Position numbers and translations under genes: made by a program. The notes under the pieces are model-generated. The model was not told the DNA's origin, made no database searches, and saw only the letters and a program-made list of their open reading frames with translations. DNA of 64,000 nucleotides from Leptogorgia sarmentosa (taxonomy: Eukaryota): NCBI GenBank assembly GCA_964658305.1, contig OZ210885.1, positions 3,782,001-3,846,000 of the forward strand, read 5' to 3'. This document shows, one piece after another, positions 1 through 13,423 of this stretch (positions within the stretch are counted from its first letter, which is position 1; the number at the start of each line of letters is the position of its first letter).

Positions 1-210
1 ATATCACACACTCTCAGCGTGGATTCTGATCTGGAACTAGAGACATTGAGTTCGTCCAGCGGCGATACAGTAGTTGAGGAGTTCTTTTGTAGTGAGCAAG
101 TGCAGTTTGACCTGACTAGCCATCAACTACGAAAAGAATATATATTTAGCAGCAAAGAAAAATGGAATGTTGACGCTGAAAATTTGATACAAAACTACCA
201 GAGAGCATAG
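1..210 (+). CDS. Possible 3' end of a coding exon running in from the left edge; product unknown
   Basis: Frame 1 is open from base 1 to TAG at 208-210 and gives an acidic/Ser-rich peptide; no recognisable motif. Confidence 0.25.
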   Translation: MSHTLSVDSDLELETLSSSSGDTVVEEFFCSEQVQFDLTSHQLRKEYIFSSKEKWNVDAENLIQNYQRA

Positions 211-296
211 AATCTGAAAATGAAATTGACAAGGTATGATATTTTAGCTACATAGCTGGAATTAAAACTACGACCAAACGAGTTGATCAACTGAAC

Positions 297-517
297 CAGG
301 GACGTGGGAACCGGGGAGGCACAGGGGCCGTGCCCCCTACCCCCAATGTTCAGCTTCGCCCCTAGTGAACAATCTTTCATTCGTTTACCCAAAGTTTGAA
401 CATTTCCGGCGGTCTAGAGACCCTAAATGTTCAAACTTTCCTCGCTCGGCACCAACCATGGTTCGTCCCCCCTCCTCCCCCCCCCCCCCCAATTTGGCAA
501 ACGTTCCTATGTCCCTG
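297..517. mobile_element. hAT-type MITE
   Basis: TIR CAGGGACGTGGGAAC / GTTCCTATGTCCCTG; perfect 8-bp TSD AACTGAAC (289-296 and 518-525). Confidence 0.85.
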
Positions 518-944
518 AACTGAACCACGCCCTGACTAAACCAAACAACGCATGCGTGGTTTTGTCCGCGTGATTTCGAAATTACCAGGTTTATTGCTAA
601 TTTGATTTCACAAAAAAAAAATTGAAAGCGATGATCGATCTAGTAAACATCCCCCTTAGAATAGCATGATCTCTTCAACCTATCGTTCATGATGGTTTCT
701 TTTCATTTTAGAAAATATACCTGAATCCGAAAAAAATATTCAAAAAGTAATTACAAATATGGAGGGCATCAAGATCAGAAAAAGGTTAATAATGTCATGT
801 TGAACTTTCTCACCTATATGGAAAACCAACGTGCAAATATGTAAATATATAAATAATTTCCTATAATCTTTTTCTGATAATTTCCACAGGCACGATTAAC
901 ACTGATAGTTACAAATAACCTCATGATTATACATGCAGATTTGA

Positions 945-1330
945 GGCCCAGTGAAACGAGAATGAGAGATGGCTGTCGTGAATTGTCATAGAGAACATTT
1001 GTAGACTTAAGGCCCCCACAGACCAGATGCGATTTGGTGACGCGACGCGTTTTTCAAGTTTTTGAAAGCGCATAAAAGAGTCCCAGAAAGTAGATTTTGG
1101 AAGCTATGTGAACCTGGTGAGTCAAGATGTTTTGCCGCTATGAAATTTTGGAAAATATTGCATCAGGGGCAAATATTTGCTTCTGAAAACTGAAAATCGA
1201 ATCGCGAAAGAGTAAAAGATTGTTTGACCATGTGTTTTCACCTCAATGAAGTACATGATTGTATTAGAAAGCATCGAGAACAGGTAACCGAGATCGCTTG
1301 ACTGAACTCTCATCCTCGTTTCACTCAGCC
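945..1330. mobile_element. MITE (PIF/Harbinger-like)
   Basis: Imperfect TIR GGCCCAGTGAAACGAGAATGAGAG / CTCTCATCCTCGTTTCACTCAGCC; flanked by TGA/TAA. Confidence 0.55.
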
Positions 1331-1941
1331 TAATATGTTATGCCACACACTGTATATAGTTTTTTAAAGCTCTTGTGAACCGAAATTTTCATCCAGTCAT
1401 TTTACTCCTGAATATTTGAACCACTGCACGTCTTGAACCATGGGTTATGATAGGTTATTGAAGTCATACAAGTATGGTGATTATTAATAGACCCGAAGCA
1501 ATGGGAAATTTGCGAAATATTTAACTCAGTGATGATTTGAATATAATCACTGCGCGTAATGTTTCCCAAAACTCCCAATGCACATCGAAAATTAGGGATA
1601 ATTAGCATAATCTGTCAAGGCGTGGTGTTCTTGAAGGCATGTGTGCTGTGTTAGTGTGAAGATTTACAGAATTGGTTACCAATATTCGGCGACATTTCTG
1701 TCCATACACAAAATACTGGACAAATTTTTCGTTTCATGAAAGCAATGTTATACGCGATTTTCAGGGGGGGAATTTTTTTGAATGAATTTATGTAACATAC
1801 AATTGTAATATAATGTAGTATAATATATATATTAATTGAATATAATAAACAATTATTGGATGAAGCGGAGCATGATATCAAAATTTATTCAGACCAAAGG
1901 TCAATGTTATCTTTTGGAGCGAACTATGGCCGATAACATAA

Positions 1942-2314
1942 GACTACGTTTGCACAACTCCTGATTACCTGATCGGTCTGAAAACGACGCAAAAGTATAT
2001 CAAAAACGGGGTGTCGTTCACACTGATCCGGAGCGGATTTGTTCAAAAACGTCACTTTTGCCGTGGTGGTACGACCACACTTTCTAAACGTGGTCGGGCG
2101 TAAACGGAGTGACACATAACGTTGTGTACACACTGTCGCCGTTAATATTTCGCTACACTTTATATTAATAGTGTTTTGTTGGAAACCATTATTTCAGGTC
2201 AGCAATTTCTTGTTTTATGCAAACTGAAAATAACAAATCGGAATTCAAACAGAACACTCTAAACGCAATCAATATGCCGTCACTTTTTCGCTCCGGCGTT
2301 GTGTAAACGTAGTC
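1942..2314. mobile_element. PIF/Harbinger-like MITE
   Basis: TIR GACTACGTTTGCACAAC / GTTGTGTAAACGTAGTC; TAA on both sides. Confidence 0.75.
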
Positions 2315-2976
2315 TAAGCTGTTTAAATTCAAGATATCATGCAAAAGCAGAATCCAATAATTGTTTTATTATACATCTGAAGACATCGGAAATATAAAAC
2401 GATTAAATAAAATTTATTATTGTGAGCCATTTTGTTTGTGTCATTTTCGCGCGCTTTTTGGTTCGACTCGTCGGACGCTTCAGGGCGTACGACCAGAGTC
2501 CAATAATTGTTTCTTAGATGCAAATTCATTCCAGAAAAACTATTATTGAACGCTGAGCACGCCGGTGGCTGAAATTATGTAATAAATAGCGAAAATTTTA
2601 AATTATTCTTCGCAAACTTCGGTCGAAATAAATGGGAAAACAAATGGTATTACTTTTCCTTGGCTCTTGCTCACGGCGCTTGACAAACCGGAAATACAAA
2701 AGAGAAAAACATCCGATCACCTGATCACTAATAATACCTCGATCCGCATCCCTGAGGTTCATCCGCATCGGCTTTTTCCTTCGTGCTCGCTCACGTGTGC
2801 GCCGCCAGGTAAGTGTTCTGTATTTTTGTTGTATTTATTACCTTTTCCAGCTCCTATTTAGCTTTGTTTTACAAAGAATGTCTGATCCTCTGGTCGGAAA
2901 CGACACCCGAAGCCGACATTAGATCGGATTGTACTACCAGTACTGTGTGTAAGGAGAGACACGAAAGTCAAATCGC

Positions 2977-3879
2977 CAGGGCCTTTTTTGAGAAATTGCT
3001 CGTGGGGGGGGGGGCCGTCATACAGAAGGGACCTTTCGCTTACGACCGAAGGGACCAGTAATAGTGGGACAGTTTCTGTGTTTGTTATTGAATGAAAAAT
3101 ATTTTTAAAATGATACGATCCGTTATCATTAGTTAAATTTTTCCCACATCGACGCATGTTTTTTGTGTAATATATTGTTAACAGCGAGGAGCTGACAATA
3201 TTTAGCAAAACATGCTTAAATCTTAATCTTTACGAAATATGAACTCTTTCAACCTATACAATGATAGTAAATTAGGATGAAGGCTAAGCCTAAGGCCAAG
3301 AGATTGTATATGATGTGTAATCTCATCAATTTAATTGTTCTTTACGTCTTAGAATGACAATATGAATGGATTGAACATTTTATCTTATTTGGTTAAAATT
3401 AAACTTCATAGGCTATTCAAAAAACTTCTTAATAAAGTCTCTTTCAATATATGTGCTAGTAACTGGCAATTTCATTCTTCGGTCCTTCCCGGCCAAGCAT
3501 GAAATTTTGAATAGCCGGCCGTGTATCATAATGTGCAGTGGCAACACCATTCCAGTGAATTAATAGTCGATCAACTAATGTTGTATCGGAGGTTGATGTT
3601 CTTAGATCAGAGAAGAGCATGTTATATGTCGACACGGACCTTTCTAGGGTCATGCTGTGGGGCGAGATGACGCAGAACGTTGAAATAAACTCAGTAGAAG
3701 GTGGCTTGCTACCTCTCAACATGGAATAGTGCATGCATTTTTATTTTATGCTATATGCTAAAGTAACAACATGACATTTTAGTGGGGGGGGGGCAAAACC
3801 CATCAGTGGGGGGGGGCCAAAGGAGAGGGTGGGGGGTCCTTGCCCCCCCCCCCCATGTATATAGTTAAAAAAGGCCCTG
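2977..3879. mobile_element. Non-autonomous hAT element
   Basis: TIR CAGGGCCTTTTTT / AAAAAAGGCCCTG; 8-bp TSD CAAATCGC (2969-2976 and 3880-3887). Confidence 0.85.
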
Positions 3880-5002
3880 CAAATCGCTCATCAAACGATT
3901 TCAATGCGATTTCTTTGATCCAGAGAGCACAGCTCTTCAAAAATGGCTTCCTTCAGACCCTTTTCATGCGTTCCTGGAAAAGAACTTCAAACGACGGCTG
4001 ACGGTGGCGCAGGTAAATGAAACTAGAAATACATACATTGTAAGAGATTTCGTTCGAAAGAAGAGAGACTCCGTAAGAAAACAAAAAATATAATATAACA
4101 ATAGAGTTGATGTTCTTGGGGCCAAAAACATATTTATGCCCAAGAACAACAAATGTATTACTATTAAAAAAATGAAAAACGATCATGCAACGGTATACGC
4201 TTTATATCAGCGGGCTAAACCGCAAAATAGACCACAATGCCCGCTAAAGTTATTATAATTGAAATTTGTTCAATAGTTGTACATTTCGTTTCTTCATACT
4301 ATCGAACCTCGACTACTCCATAAGAAGTAAACAATGTACTTTTTCGACCACGTGAACACACGCGCACGTGATTGGCACGTGCAATTCATGCACACATGCA
4401 AAACTCCATGGCATACATGCAGCAACGCCTCGCTCGCGTTACTAACGTTCCAAGTATGATTCCACCCAGTGCAACTATATTCTGGCAACATGAAGTACTG
4501 CGGCATTGTTATAGCAATACGGCAATTTAGATTTTTCGGTTTGTTAAATATGGACATATGAGACCCTTTCATTTTCAGATTATAGCCATTAGGTAATGTA
4601 TTATTTGACAACTCTAATTCAGCAAGACTAAAGATTATTTAATTTAAAGAAATTTCTTTGAGTTATTTTGACAATTAGTAGAAGCCTTGTGTTTTTATGA
4701 TTGAATTAGGTGTGCGTGTTTCCTTATAAATCCACGCGACAAATACTGCAAGGAAGCCATCAGTAAGACATGAAATCAACACAAAAACATTCTGAAAATT
4801 CAGCCAATCAGGGCCAAGTAATTTTGCCCCTTGAATTAAGAAAAATGCCCTCCTCATTAGCCAATCAGGTTTTAGTAATTTTGCCCTCTATATGATTAAC
4901 GATTAAACAACAAAGTAAGAATGAAAGTAGATAAATCGTGGTATTATTTCATTAATGAAAGTAACAATACTTAATACATGTACATGCATGTCAAAATCCA
5001 GA

Positions 5003-7249
5003 TCAACCTTGTCCCCACAACCATTTGCCCGATATAGGGGAGGTCGGGGGGACGGGGTTGAATCCAGATTTTCTGAGTTTCATTTCGGTTTTCCTTAACG
5101 AATAATGACGTCCTTTCCACGCCTTCCAGTTCACGCCATCAGCGTACGATGAGTGTGAGCCTAGGTAATAAAAGCCATTCAAATTTGAATCGTGGCAAGC
5201 GGCATACCACCAGGCTCCTTTGAACTTCACTGCACAACTTTTCCCCCAAGTATCGTTATCTACGTCACGAGTGCTGAAGGCATTGCCACGTTGTCTTCCA
5301 AAAGAATCCCCAGCCGTTCCTAGAAGTTGTGGAAAATCTCTGAGAATCTTTCAAGAGATGAATTGCTTTCTGAGAATAATTGAATTGTTTTTATTAATTT
5401 CAATCTCAAAATGTTTGGAACATATTGTTTTCGTTAACAATGATACATGCATGTGTGTAGCATTACTCGGGTAAAATACATTGCTAGCTCAATATATTTG
5501 TACCTGAATAATTGCCCAAACTCAATTTGTATTTGACATTTTCTGAAGCGACGGCAAAGAAGTTGTATTCAGCGTACGTTGCGTTTCCTGTTGTGTCCCA
5601 AAGGTCAAATCGAATAACTTTTGTACCGACATTTGTTAGTCGGTTGATTTTGTCCAGACCAAGCCAATATTCGCCTGTTGGATCACCAAAACCACTTTTG
5701 TAATCTTTCCAGTTGCGGTAGAAATTTGCACTGCCATCAACACGTCTTTGAATGATCGTCCAACCCCCTCCTGATGTCGTCATATCACATCTTACTCTAA
5801 ATGCGCCTTTGCCGTCTGGATCAATGGAATAAACACCATTTGTTCTGTGACCTTTCTTATAAAGATCAGCGCAATCTTTTCCTGTAGAAAGAAAAGACGA
5901 TTTAATTCTACAAATTTACCACATTTGTCACTTAGCTCATGACCATTTTAATGTTAACACTGCGTTTCATGTCAATACTGCTATTCTGTAATTACATCAC
6001 CATTTCATTACCTTCAATCCTAATCAAAAACGTCCAAAAATAAGTAATATATAGTAATTACTTATCGAGCGTTTAATCAGACAAACTTAACATATTAAAA
6101 GTTTACCAAGTGCTTGACATGGACTCTGAATAATTTTCTCCAAAGCATCAATTTTTGCATCCATTTTGTTCAAAAGAGCTAGTATGTTGGGCTGTGCCCT
6201 AGAAAAAACCAGAGAAAATTAATGTTGAAGTCTCAATTTCACGTCCCCAATTTCATGACAGCAATCAGAAGTTATCTAAGTAGGCCTGGCTTATACCATC
6301 GTGCCACGAGCGCACCGAACTAATTCTTTTATTGGCACGGTAAAGCACTTTGTTCAAAAGACCCAGTATGAAAGGCGGGAATTCAATGTCATTATCTCAC
6401 ATCATTCGTCTCTAATTGTGACCAACTCAAGACGCAAGTTAGGTGCTTTATTTTAATCATGCAGCATATCATTTGCTTTTCTGTCCATGTATTTCCGACC
6501 CAGTTACGAAAGATCACTGACTTGATTCAACTTGGTTGAGAGTAGGAGGACGCAAAGTTAAAACCCCTTGATTATGCACTTTACATCTGCAACCCATTAT
6601 TTTTATTATGCATCCTAAACCTTTTGAACATTTGAATATTGAAGGCTGGTTTCCAGTGCTGCTTTCCGTTTTTGCACGTGCGTGTACGCACGAAAAAGTT
6701 TTTAATACTTGAATAAAATTTAAATAAAATTTTATTTTGATTTAAACTTTTCCGTGCGTGCACGCACGTGGGAAAAACGCGCAACTGGAAAACAACCAAA
6801 GTCTGCATTCAAGTATGCGTTTTCACACGTACGTATACGCACATAAAAGTCTAAATCCCTCGATCTGTATTTCATTTTATTAATAACATAACTTTTGAAA
6901 CACATATTACATCATTGAAAGTATGAGATGCTTACATTTATTTATGCGATTGTATAGAAACCAGCGTTAAAAACAATTTGAATTTTTACGTGCGTACATA
7001 ACGGCGTAAATGGAACCAGCCTTTAGTCTAATTTAAAAAAGTCCTAGGGCTGGTTGTTCGTAGCCCGTTTAGCTTAAACGGTGGTTAAGACGGGAATGTT
7101 AAGCAAGTTTATATATTCATTGAACAATCAAAGTAAAATTTTTCAATCTAAAAAGAACACAATTGTTTTCATACACTCTGCGGGTTTTACCTTGAACTTG
7201 CGACGAAAGCAGCTGAGAACAGAAACATCCATGCGACAATATTTGCCAT
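5003..7249 (-). CDS. Secreted fibrinogen-related-domain lectin (ficolin/tachylectin-5-like), copy 1, about 281 aa; exons 7249-7191, 6198-6107, 5881-5504, 5319-5003
   Basis: Signal peptide MANIVAWMFLFSAAFVASSR, short helical linker exon, FReD motifs (GGGWTIIQRRVDGS, GEYWLGL, FSTRDVDND, GAWWY..C..SNLNG). All introns are GT-AG and phases are consistent (59+92+378+317=846 nt). Confidence 0.92.
5004..5060. mobile_element. 57-bp mini-MITE inside the last coding exon of FReD copy 1
   Basis: TIR CAACCTTGTCCCC / GGGGACGGGGTTG; 9-bp TSD AATCCAGAT (4995-5003 and 5061-5069). Confidence 0.85.
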
Positions 7250-8823
7250 TCTTGACTATAACGTAAAGCATGTGTGAGAAAATATAGTACTTTCGACATT
7301 AATGACAGTGTCACTCACAGTGTTCTGTCTAGCAAACGTATATATAGGCTAATAATGCGCTAGCAAGTACAATTTGATGATTAATGAAGCGAATTTTTGG
7401 AAATTTTGGACGAGTCAGCTGCATGGGCGACCGACTTGATCATTATTCGGAATGAAATGTAAAAGTTTAAGATTAAAAACAATCCGTGCATGCAAGTGAA
7501 ATCCCCTTAAAATTTGAAAATAGCGATAGAACGATCTAGTGAATCGAGTTACCTTTAAACTCACCGGTGGTGCTCAGTTGGACTATCCCAATATTATTTC
7601 TTAAGATTTCCTCCGACGACCTTCTGACGAGCTTCGATGCACTTCTGTGACTTGTGTTCCCCGTCGTAGCTGACTTATATATTCATGAGTTAATGGTGGG
7701 GGGAGATGAGGAGGGGGAGGGGAGGGGGGGGCTTGTTAGAAAGTTTAAGCTTCGCGTTCAAACGACAAACGCCAGCCAAAGAATAATTTTACAATGTAAA
7801 GCAGTAAAGTGTAAAAGATTTGTTGTTTTTAAAACTTCAATGTTTAATTATTCTTCTGAGATGAGAAAGAAAATTTGAAACCAGTTGGTCATTTTCGACC
7901 CTTCGAAAAACCTTCTAATTCGGCCCTGCATGACGTTTGCCGTTGACGGAAGAGGCGAAGCTTAAACTCTCTGTTGATGCAGCTAGTCACGCAAAGCTGA
8001 GGCTGATCATGATCACATTGCAGTTTGATATTGTCCTGTGACATATGAAGTCATCAACCCTTCATCAACGTCAACGCAGTTCGATATTGTCCTGCGATAT
8101 GAAATCATAATGAACTTTTCTCCAACGTATATGCAGTTTGATAACAAGTGTGAGCCTATTAAAAACTGGTCGAAATCGCATATTCTCACCATTAAGAATT
8201 GGAGCTAAACTGATTGAAAATTCACTAACTCTAGGACTCGAAGCGGATGAACTCCACTTCAATAAACGAGTTGAATATGCAAATTTTTAATAAATCCTTG
8301 TAAAATCAGTAAACTCATTAAGATAAGTTCTTTATTACATGCACGACACATTCGTGATGGATTGCTCTTTTCCTTTTTTATTCACTGTTGTTTTCTACAC
8401 ACAGAGGTGAAAATATGTGATTTCAAACGACAACTTTTATCGTTCTCAATTTTGTTTTGTCGAGCTCCAGATGACCCAGAAAACATAATGCCATTCAACA
8501 GCTTAGATTCCCTTCTTGATGACTATATGTAAAAATTATGTTTATACCCCCAGAGATACCCTGTATGATAACCATTTTCAACCCCCAGCAAATTATTGAA
8601 TTGAATTATTGAATTGAATGAAAAGCCAAAGTAATAAAACAAAGTGTTGAATTTCCCTTATTTTATTATTCTTTAAAGTCCGTTCTGAGCACTCTTTCAG
8701 CTCAGGAAAGCTTGTTCTTACAGATTAGACCGTTGGAACTTTAATTTTTAATTTGCAGAGTATATGTCACACTATAAATATATAATTAAATTTGATGTAA
8801 GATATATTCGCATAAAACGGCTC

Positions 8824-9143
8824 CAGTTGCGTAACGGAGGGGTGTCAGGGTGTCCAGTGACAGGGGGCCCCCGAACTTTAGGGGCCCCCGACAAAATGAA
8901 TATAAAAAATTGATAGCACATTTCTGGGGAATTCAAATACGAAAAACAGACAGATAGGCAGGTTTGGAAGAGAGAAGCGAAATTCATTAAAACCAAATTC
9001 GGGTTCGAGTCTATTCTGTAACAAAGTGAGGTTTGCCGTTGTGTAGACATAAGTGGTAAATTCAGCCTACTAATTAGTGGAGCAAAGGGGGCCCCAAAGT
9101 GGTCGACTGTCGGAGGGCCCCCAGTGGTTGTGTTACGCCCCTG
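8824..9143. mobile_element. hAT-type MITE
   Basis: TIR CAGTTGCGTAAC / GTTACGCCCCTG; near-perfect 8-bp TSD AACGGCTC/AACGCCTC. Confidence 0.75.
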
Positions 9144-9373
9144 AACGCCTCAGAGAGATAATGGGCTGAATTGCCTAAAAATATCTAAAATGCCTCAGTT
9201 GTCTGGAAAGTAAACTGATCCTTTTTCTAAAGACTACATGATAAAGTGTTTCAAGAAATATCTATTGAATATTGACTTCAATTTACGATCAAAAAACCAA
9301 GTAAGATATGAAAGTAATAGGTAAATAATTGTATTATGTATTACCGTTAATAATACAAACAATATGTAATATG

Positions 9374-12300
9374 TCAAAATGGCCTGAGTTTCATTTCGGT
9401 TTTCTTCAACGAATAACGGCGTCCCTTCCACGTCCTCCAGTTCACGCCATCAGCGTACGACGTGTGCTGGCCAAGGTAATAAAAGCCATTCAAATTTGAA
9501 TCATGACAATAGGAATACCACCAGGCCCCTTTGAATTCCACGGCACAATGTACATTGCCATAAATATCGTTATCCACATCACGAGTGCTGAAGGCCATGC
9601 CACGATGTACTCCAAAAGAGTCGCCAGCCGTTCCTAAAAGTTGAGGAAAATTTCTGAGAATCTTTCAAGAGATGAATTCCTATGATGAATATGCAATATC
9701 GGCCGCAGTCTTTTCACGCAATGTAAACACGGCCAAAACAAATCATTCTGTGTTTTTCGAAGAAGCGAGAATGTCACGCAGCTTGAACTCGCGTGAAATT
9801 ACCCCCGGACACACGTGGGATAATTTCACGCAAAATTTTGGCTTCAATTCTTGCTTTCTCCTTAATATTAAGTTAGCCTTCCAGTTATACATAGTTCAAT
9901 GACCGAGTCTGAGGCAGGGACTAACAAAGGCCGTTTTCCATTGCAGCCGCTTTTCCCGCGCGTGCGGAGCGAACACGTTTCAACTTTTGCTATAGGTGTC
10001 TAATCCAAGCTTTTTCTGTCTACTTTTGAGCGCGCGGACACACTAAGAAGTTGAACTACATTCAACTTTCCTGGCGTGCCCGCGCGACTGATTTTTTACG
10101 AGGTTATAATCGTTCGCTCCGCCCGCGCGGGCAAAGCGACTGCAATGGAAAACGGCTTTAATAGATTTGCCCATTTGGGGGCGGGGTTGTACGAAGCCCG
10201 TCTAACCTAAACGGCGGATAAGCTGAAAAAACAACAACATTTTTATATCCATAAAGTTCTCAATTTACAAAATTCATGTAAACATCAACATTAACAATTA
10301 GATTTTTATGTTGTAATTTTGAAATTTAATTTAGATTTAAATAAAGGTTATGTGTTTACCGCAAAAAAAAGCAAAAATAAAGTACGAAAAGTTGTTAGAA
10401 GTTGAAATAAAACTAAGACGTGAAACCTCAAGAATTACTGATTTATCCCCATCATGTAAAATACATCTGTATACGAAGTTTCATTAAGATTGAACGTTTG
10501 GGGTCGGAAAAAATGGATTAAAAAATTCAAAAAAATATTGTTTATTCCAAGTATGCAAATTGCCCACGAAAAGTGCGAAGCCGAAAAACGTCGATTCAGT
10601 TCATGTTTTAAATGAGTTAAAGCGACAATTAAAGGTTTAAGATAAAGAAGAATACTTGGCGTTCATTAAAAAACAGGTTTGGAAGTGTCGAAAAGGCGTA
10701 AATAGACAGAAAAGCCAGGAAAAGCGCAAATGGATTGAAATACACGTCAAGCGTATGTGTTGTTTGCAAATAAAATTCTCGCGTATTCATGAATGGCCGG
10801 TTCAGCCGCATTCAATATGTTTCAATACAGTTAAATTTAAAACATTTTACGTTTAAGATATGTTACACATTAGTGTAACATACATTCTGCAAATCAAAAC
10901 CAGCCGAGGTTAAAAACTGATATTTTTGCGTTATTTCTTCATTTTTTTTGAAAAAATCCCTGAAAAATATGCTGGTACGTCAGTAAGGCTAACGAGGGGT
11001 TGCTGCATGTTGTATTTATTTTGTCCATTACATAAATTGCATACAAATATTTGTACCTGAATATGTGCCCAAACTCAATTTGTATTTGGCATTTTCTGAA
11101 GCGATGGCAAAGCTGCTGTATTCAGCGTACTTTGTGGCTCCTGTTGTGTCCCAAAGGTCAAATCGAATAACTTTTGTACCGACATTTGTCAGTCGGTTGA
11201 TTTTGTCCAGACCAAGCCAATATTCGCCTGTTGGATCACCAAAACCATTTTTGTAATCTGTCCAGTTGCGGTAGAAATCTACACTACCATCAACACGTCT
11301 TTGGATGATCGTCCAACCCCCTCCTGATGTCGTCATATCACATCTTACTCTAAATGCGCCTTTGCCGTCTGGATCAATGGAATAAACGCCATTTGTTGTG
11401 TGACCTTTCTTATAAAGATCAGCGCAATCTTTTCCTGTAATAAAAAGACATTCGACAAACTTTTCTCCTGGCTGGCCAATCAACTAAGCTTGAAGTGCTC
11501 GTTGGTTGGCTGCCAATAGGGAATGGTAAATTGACCAATGTTTTTGCATGCGAAATGGGCGTCATCTGATGCAATTTAAGTAATGAAAATCGAACGCTAC
11601 GACGTATTACTACGGCATATATTTCAATCTTCTTAGTCAGTCGTCTTCGTTCTGGAGATGAATTTTGGCGTACTCGTGACAACTAATAATTATAACGAGC
11701 TGTACGTATCGGTCCAAATGCTTTTGGATTTGGATGCATGGCCTTAATTTTTTATCGTTCGATCGTTGTTAAAATTCTCGAAAAAAAGTTTAGTGACTAT
11801 CTTGGAAATTTTAGTACTCAGGGGCTGGTTGTTTGTAGCCCTTTTAGCTTAAACGGCGGATAAGTCAATTTTAAATTATACTCCCATTCGTCTTGTGAAT
11901 AACTGAACATAAATTTTAAACACTGAATATGTCGTTGCATACGTTTTGATTGTTCAATGAACACATAGACAGATAGACTTGCCTCATAATCCGGACTTAT
12001 CCAGTGTTCAGGCTAAACGGGCTACGAACAACGTTAACCGGCCCCAGTATAGCAAAAAATGGGGAAATGATCACACGAGTATCTCTATTGATTGGTCCTG
12101 GTTTATATTACTGTACGTGGCACTACAGTCATATAACAAGTATTTGCAATAATACATTTACATGGAATGAAACTAAGAGAAATACTTGATCGAATTTCTG
12201 AAAATTTCAATTACCATCGCGCTGTTGTGATACCGAAACAATACCGAAAGATGTAGTTAAGAAATGAAAAGTTAAATACTGTGAGCCGAAATGTCTTCTG

Positions 12301-13423
12301 TTGAGATACTACAGCTAATTCACTTACCATTTGAGAATTTCCAAAAGCAACTTTCATTATATTCCTGTAAAACGGATGTGATGAAAAATATGCAGAACAA
12401 ATGTTCAGGAAATTCGACAAAACGGCTATTATCTTGCGGCCTTCCTGGCGTAACGCCAAGGTAAGGGTATACGTATCGGTACCCGTGGCTGTTGGCTAGA
12501 GCTTAATGGACCTTTCTACTTCAGTTAAGCTACGTTTACACGCTACGATTTGTCGGGCACGATTCGCATTCTGGCGTATGGAAAATAGTGTTGACGCCAT
12601 CATTCGACTCCGTTATGATTGAACCGTAATTTGAAACGCTACATTCTCGCGCGTATTCATTCGTGGAAAAGGGGAAATGTCCATTGGGGTGTTCATAAAT
12701 TAATGTTTTTCCTACTAATTTTAAGAGAAATGCGTTGGGCTGAACGCGAATATATTAATAAACCACATAACCAGTTTACCACACCACTTAATTTTCATAA
12801 CTTGTTAGTCAACCGATGTGAAATTCTAGACAATATTGAAATTCGCACAAAACGTGCCTTTCCAGGCACAGTATACTGTGAATTATTTTTACCTTCTGGG
12901 GATTATTGAGAAAAACATGGTCATAAGAACAATTTGGTTCCAAGAGTTTCTGAGAAGTATTGTAGACCATATTATGCAACATTTCACAATTTGATTCATT
13001 CTGTGAGATCGATGTCTTTTTATAATTGATTGATCGACAGCAAGGCTCTGTGACGCATTCCAACACACAGGCAAGCCAATCAGAAACCACTTTTGTCTTC
13101 AAAATCGTCACATTTAGTCTGTAACCTACGAAATGCACATATCGTCACGAATGTTAATGTAACATGTAAGATGTCTGAAAGTCATCTCATTATCCATTGT
13201 TTGAATTGCATTCGATGCGACCAAAATTCGACGTATGAAACAGGCCTTAGCACAATGAACAAATATTTTCATAGCGCCGTATATGCTTACCCTCGAGACT
13301 TGAATTGAAACAAAAATCCACAATTTGTTTTGTTTTGAGTTGTTGGTCTTCTCCTTCACCGACAGTTACAACTCGTATCGCGTATGCGATGAAAAAAGTG
13401 AACAAATGGAAGTTTATCTGCAT
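9374..13423 (-). CDS. FReD lectin copy 2; FReD exons 11434-11057 and 9633-9374. The 5' structure is ambiguous: either a signal-peptide exon at 13423-13291, or a frameshifted PAN/apple exon (about 13272-12893) plus a 37-nt exon at 12364-12328
   Basis: The FReD exons are intact and near-identical to the paralogs. The PAN-like peptide is (C)YINIRDD/VHFVGYRLNV...ACVLECVTEPCCRSINY...NCEM with a phase-0 GT donor. The micro-exon EYNESCFWKFSNG bridges phase 0 to phase 1. The alternative exon MQINFHLFTFFIAYAIRVVTVG...CFNSSLEG ends in a phase-1 GTAAG donor. Confidence 0.75.
9929..10157. mobile_element. MITE in the last intron of FReD copy 2; degenerate relative at about 24616-24800
   Basis: Long TIR GCCGTTTTCCATTGCAGCCGCTTTTCCCGCGCG / CGCGCGGGCAAAGCGACTGCAATGGAAAACGGC. 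Confidence 0.75.
11822..12044. mobile_element. Harbinger-like MITE with CWG TSD; multi-copy family (also 18052-18282, partial copies near 7047, 14250, 19180)
   Basis: TIR GGGCTGGTTGTT(T/C)GTAGCCC / GGGCTACGAACAAC..CGGCCC; TSD CAG. Confidence 0.75.

Noticed and set aside
5512..5703. Conserved antisense 63-aa ORF (MPKLNLYL...) recurring at 11065, 47890 and 62579
   Set aside because: It is the shadow of the conserved FReD exon 3 on the opposite strand; no independent coding evidence.
12215..12221. 7-nt AG/GT-bounded micro-exon in FReD copy 2
   Set aside because: Including it would break the phase-1 junction to the FReD exon.
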